This document shows positions 63,569-64,000 of a DNA stretch of 64,000 nt, piece by piece; position 1 is the first letter of the stretch; every line of letters starts with the position of its first letter. Under the pieces are notes generated by a model. That model made no database searches. It was not told the DNA's origin and saw only the letters and a program-made list of their open reading frames with translations. Source of the DNA: Ptychomitrium polyphyllum (Eukaryota); the NCBI GenBank assembly GCA_973851085.1, contig OZ316775.1:16740001-16804000 (forward strand), given 5' to 3'. Position numbers and translations under genes: made by a program.

Positions 63569-63668
63569 TTTTGGAAAAGTTTGTTGGTTGATTTTGGATT
63601 ATTTTGGAAAATTTTGTTGGTTGGTTTTGAGGATGTTTTGAAAAAGTTTGTTGGTTGGTTTTGGATTA
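63569..63668. repeat. ~33-bp tandem repeat x3 within an AT-rich decayed-repeat region (62950-64000)
   Basis: Units TTTTG(G/A)AAA(A)(G/T)TTTGTTGGTTG(A/G)TTTTG.. at 63569, 63602 and 63636. Confidence 0.8.
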
Positions 63669-64000
63669 TTTACTTAAATTACATTTTTAAAATTCGATTT
63701 AAAATTATTGAAGTATTTTTTCTTTATTCATAGCTTTTTAGGCTATTTTCAACATTTGTAGAAATCTTGCATGTACATGTGATCTGGAATGTTACAAATT
63801 AAAAGATTTTTGGAAAAGTACATAAAAAATAAGTTGTTTTTTATATAAGCATAAAAAATAAGTTTATTTGTAAGCATCTACTTATGTAAAAAATAAAGTA
63901 AATGTTGTTGCATGTAAAAGGCCTAAAAAAGGCTTATAAGTACAAACACCTATGTAAATAAGCACATTCCTTGATTGTTAAATAATCAAAAAATTCATCA

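Noticed and set aside
63569..63668. CRISPR-like repeat array
   Set aside because: Head-to-tail degenerate repeats with no unique spacers, in a eukaryotic context with no cas genes.

Overview
Intron-rich eukaryotic nuclear DNA from a non-seed land plant, most likely a moss (Physcomitrium/Funariaceae-like). This is inferred from GT-AG introns, plant gene families, a flagellar radial-spoke gene and very AT-rich decayed intergenic blocks. Ten protein-coding genes can be reconstructed by hand: an ABCB/P-glycoprotein transporter (-, runs off the window start), mitochondrial ribosomal protein L21 (+), a dirigent-like protein (+), an intronless SUT4-like sucrose transporter (-), a B-type cyclin with an MSA-rich promoter (-), MutL homolog PMS1/PMS2 (-), a small orphan hydrophilic protein with an overlapping ABRE/DRE motif (-), a membrane hybrid histidine kinase (+), radial spoke head protein RSPH4/6 (-) and THO complex subunit 7 (-). 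The best candidate for a poorly described system is the ~1144-aa histidine kinase. It has a bacterial-style TM-sensor(Cache-like)-TM-HAMP-HisKA-HATPase-REC-REC layout, and its first receiver is split by a ~120-aa acidic/Ser-rich insertion. Also notable are a perfect 24-bp hairpin next to a MITE-like fold-back, a spliced uORF candidate upstream of the sucrose transporter, and atypical dirigent motifs. No tRNA, rRNA, CRISPR array or intact transposon was seen. All exon models are manual and no database search was run.
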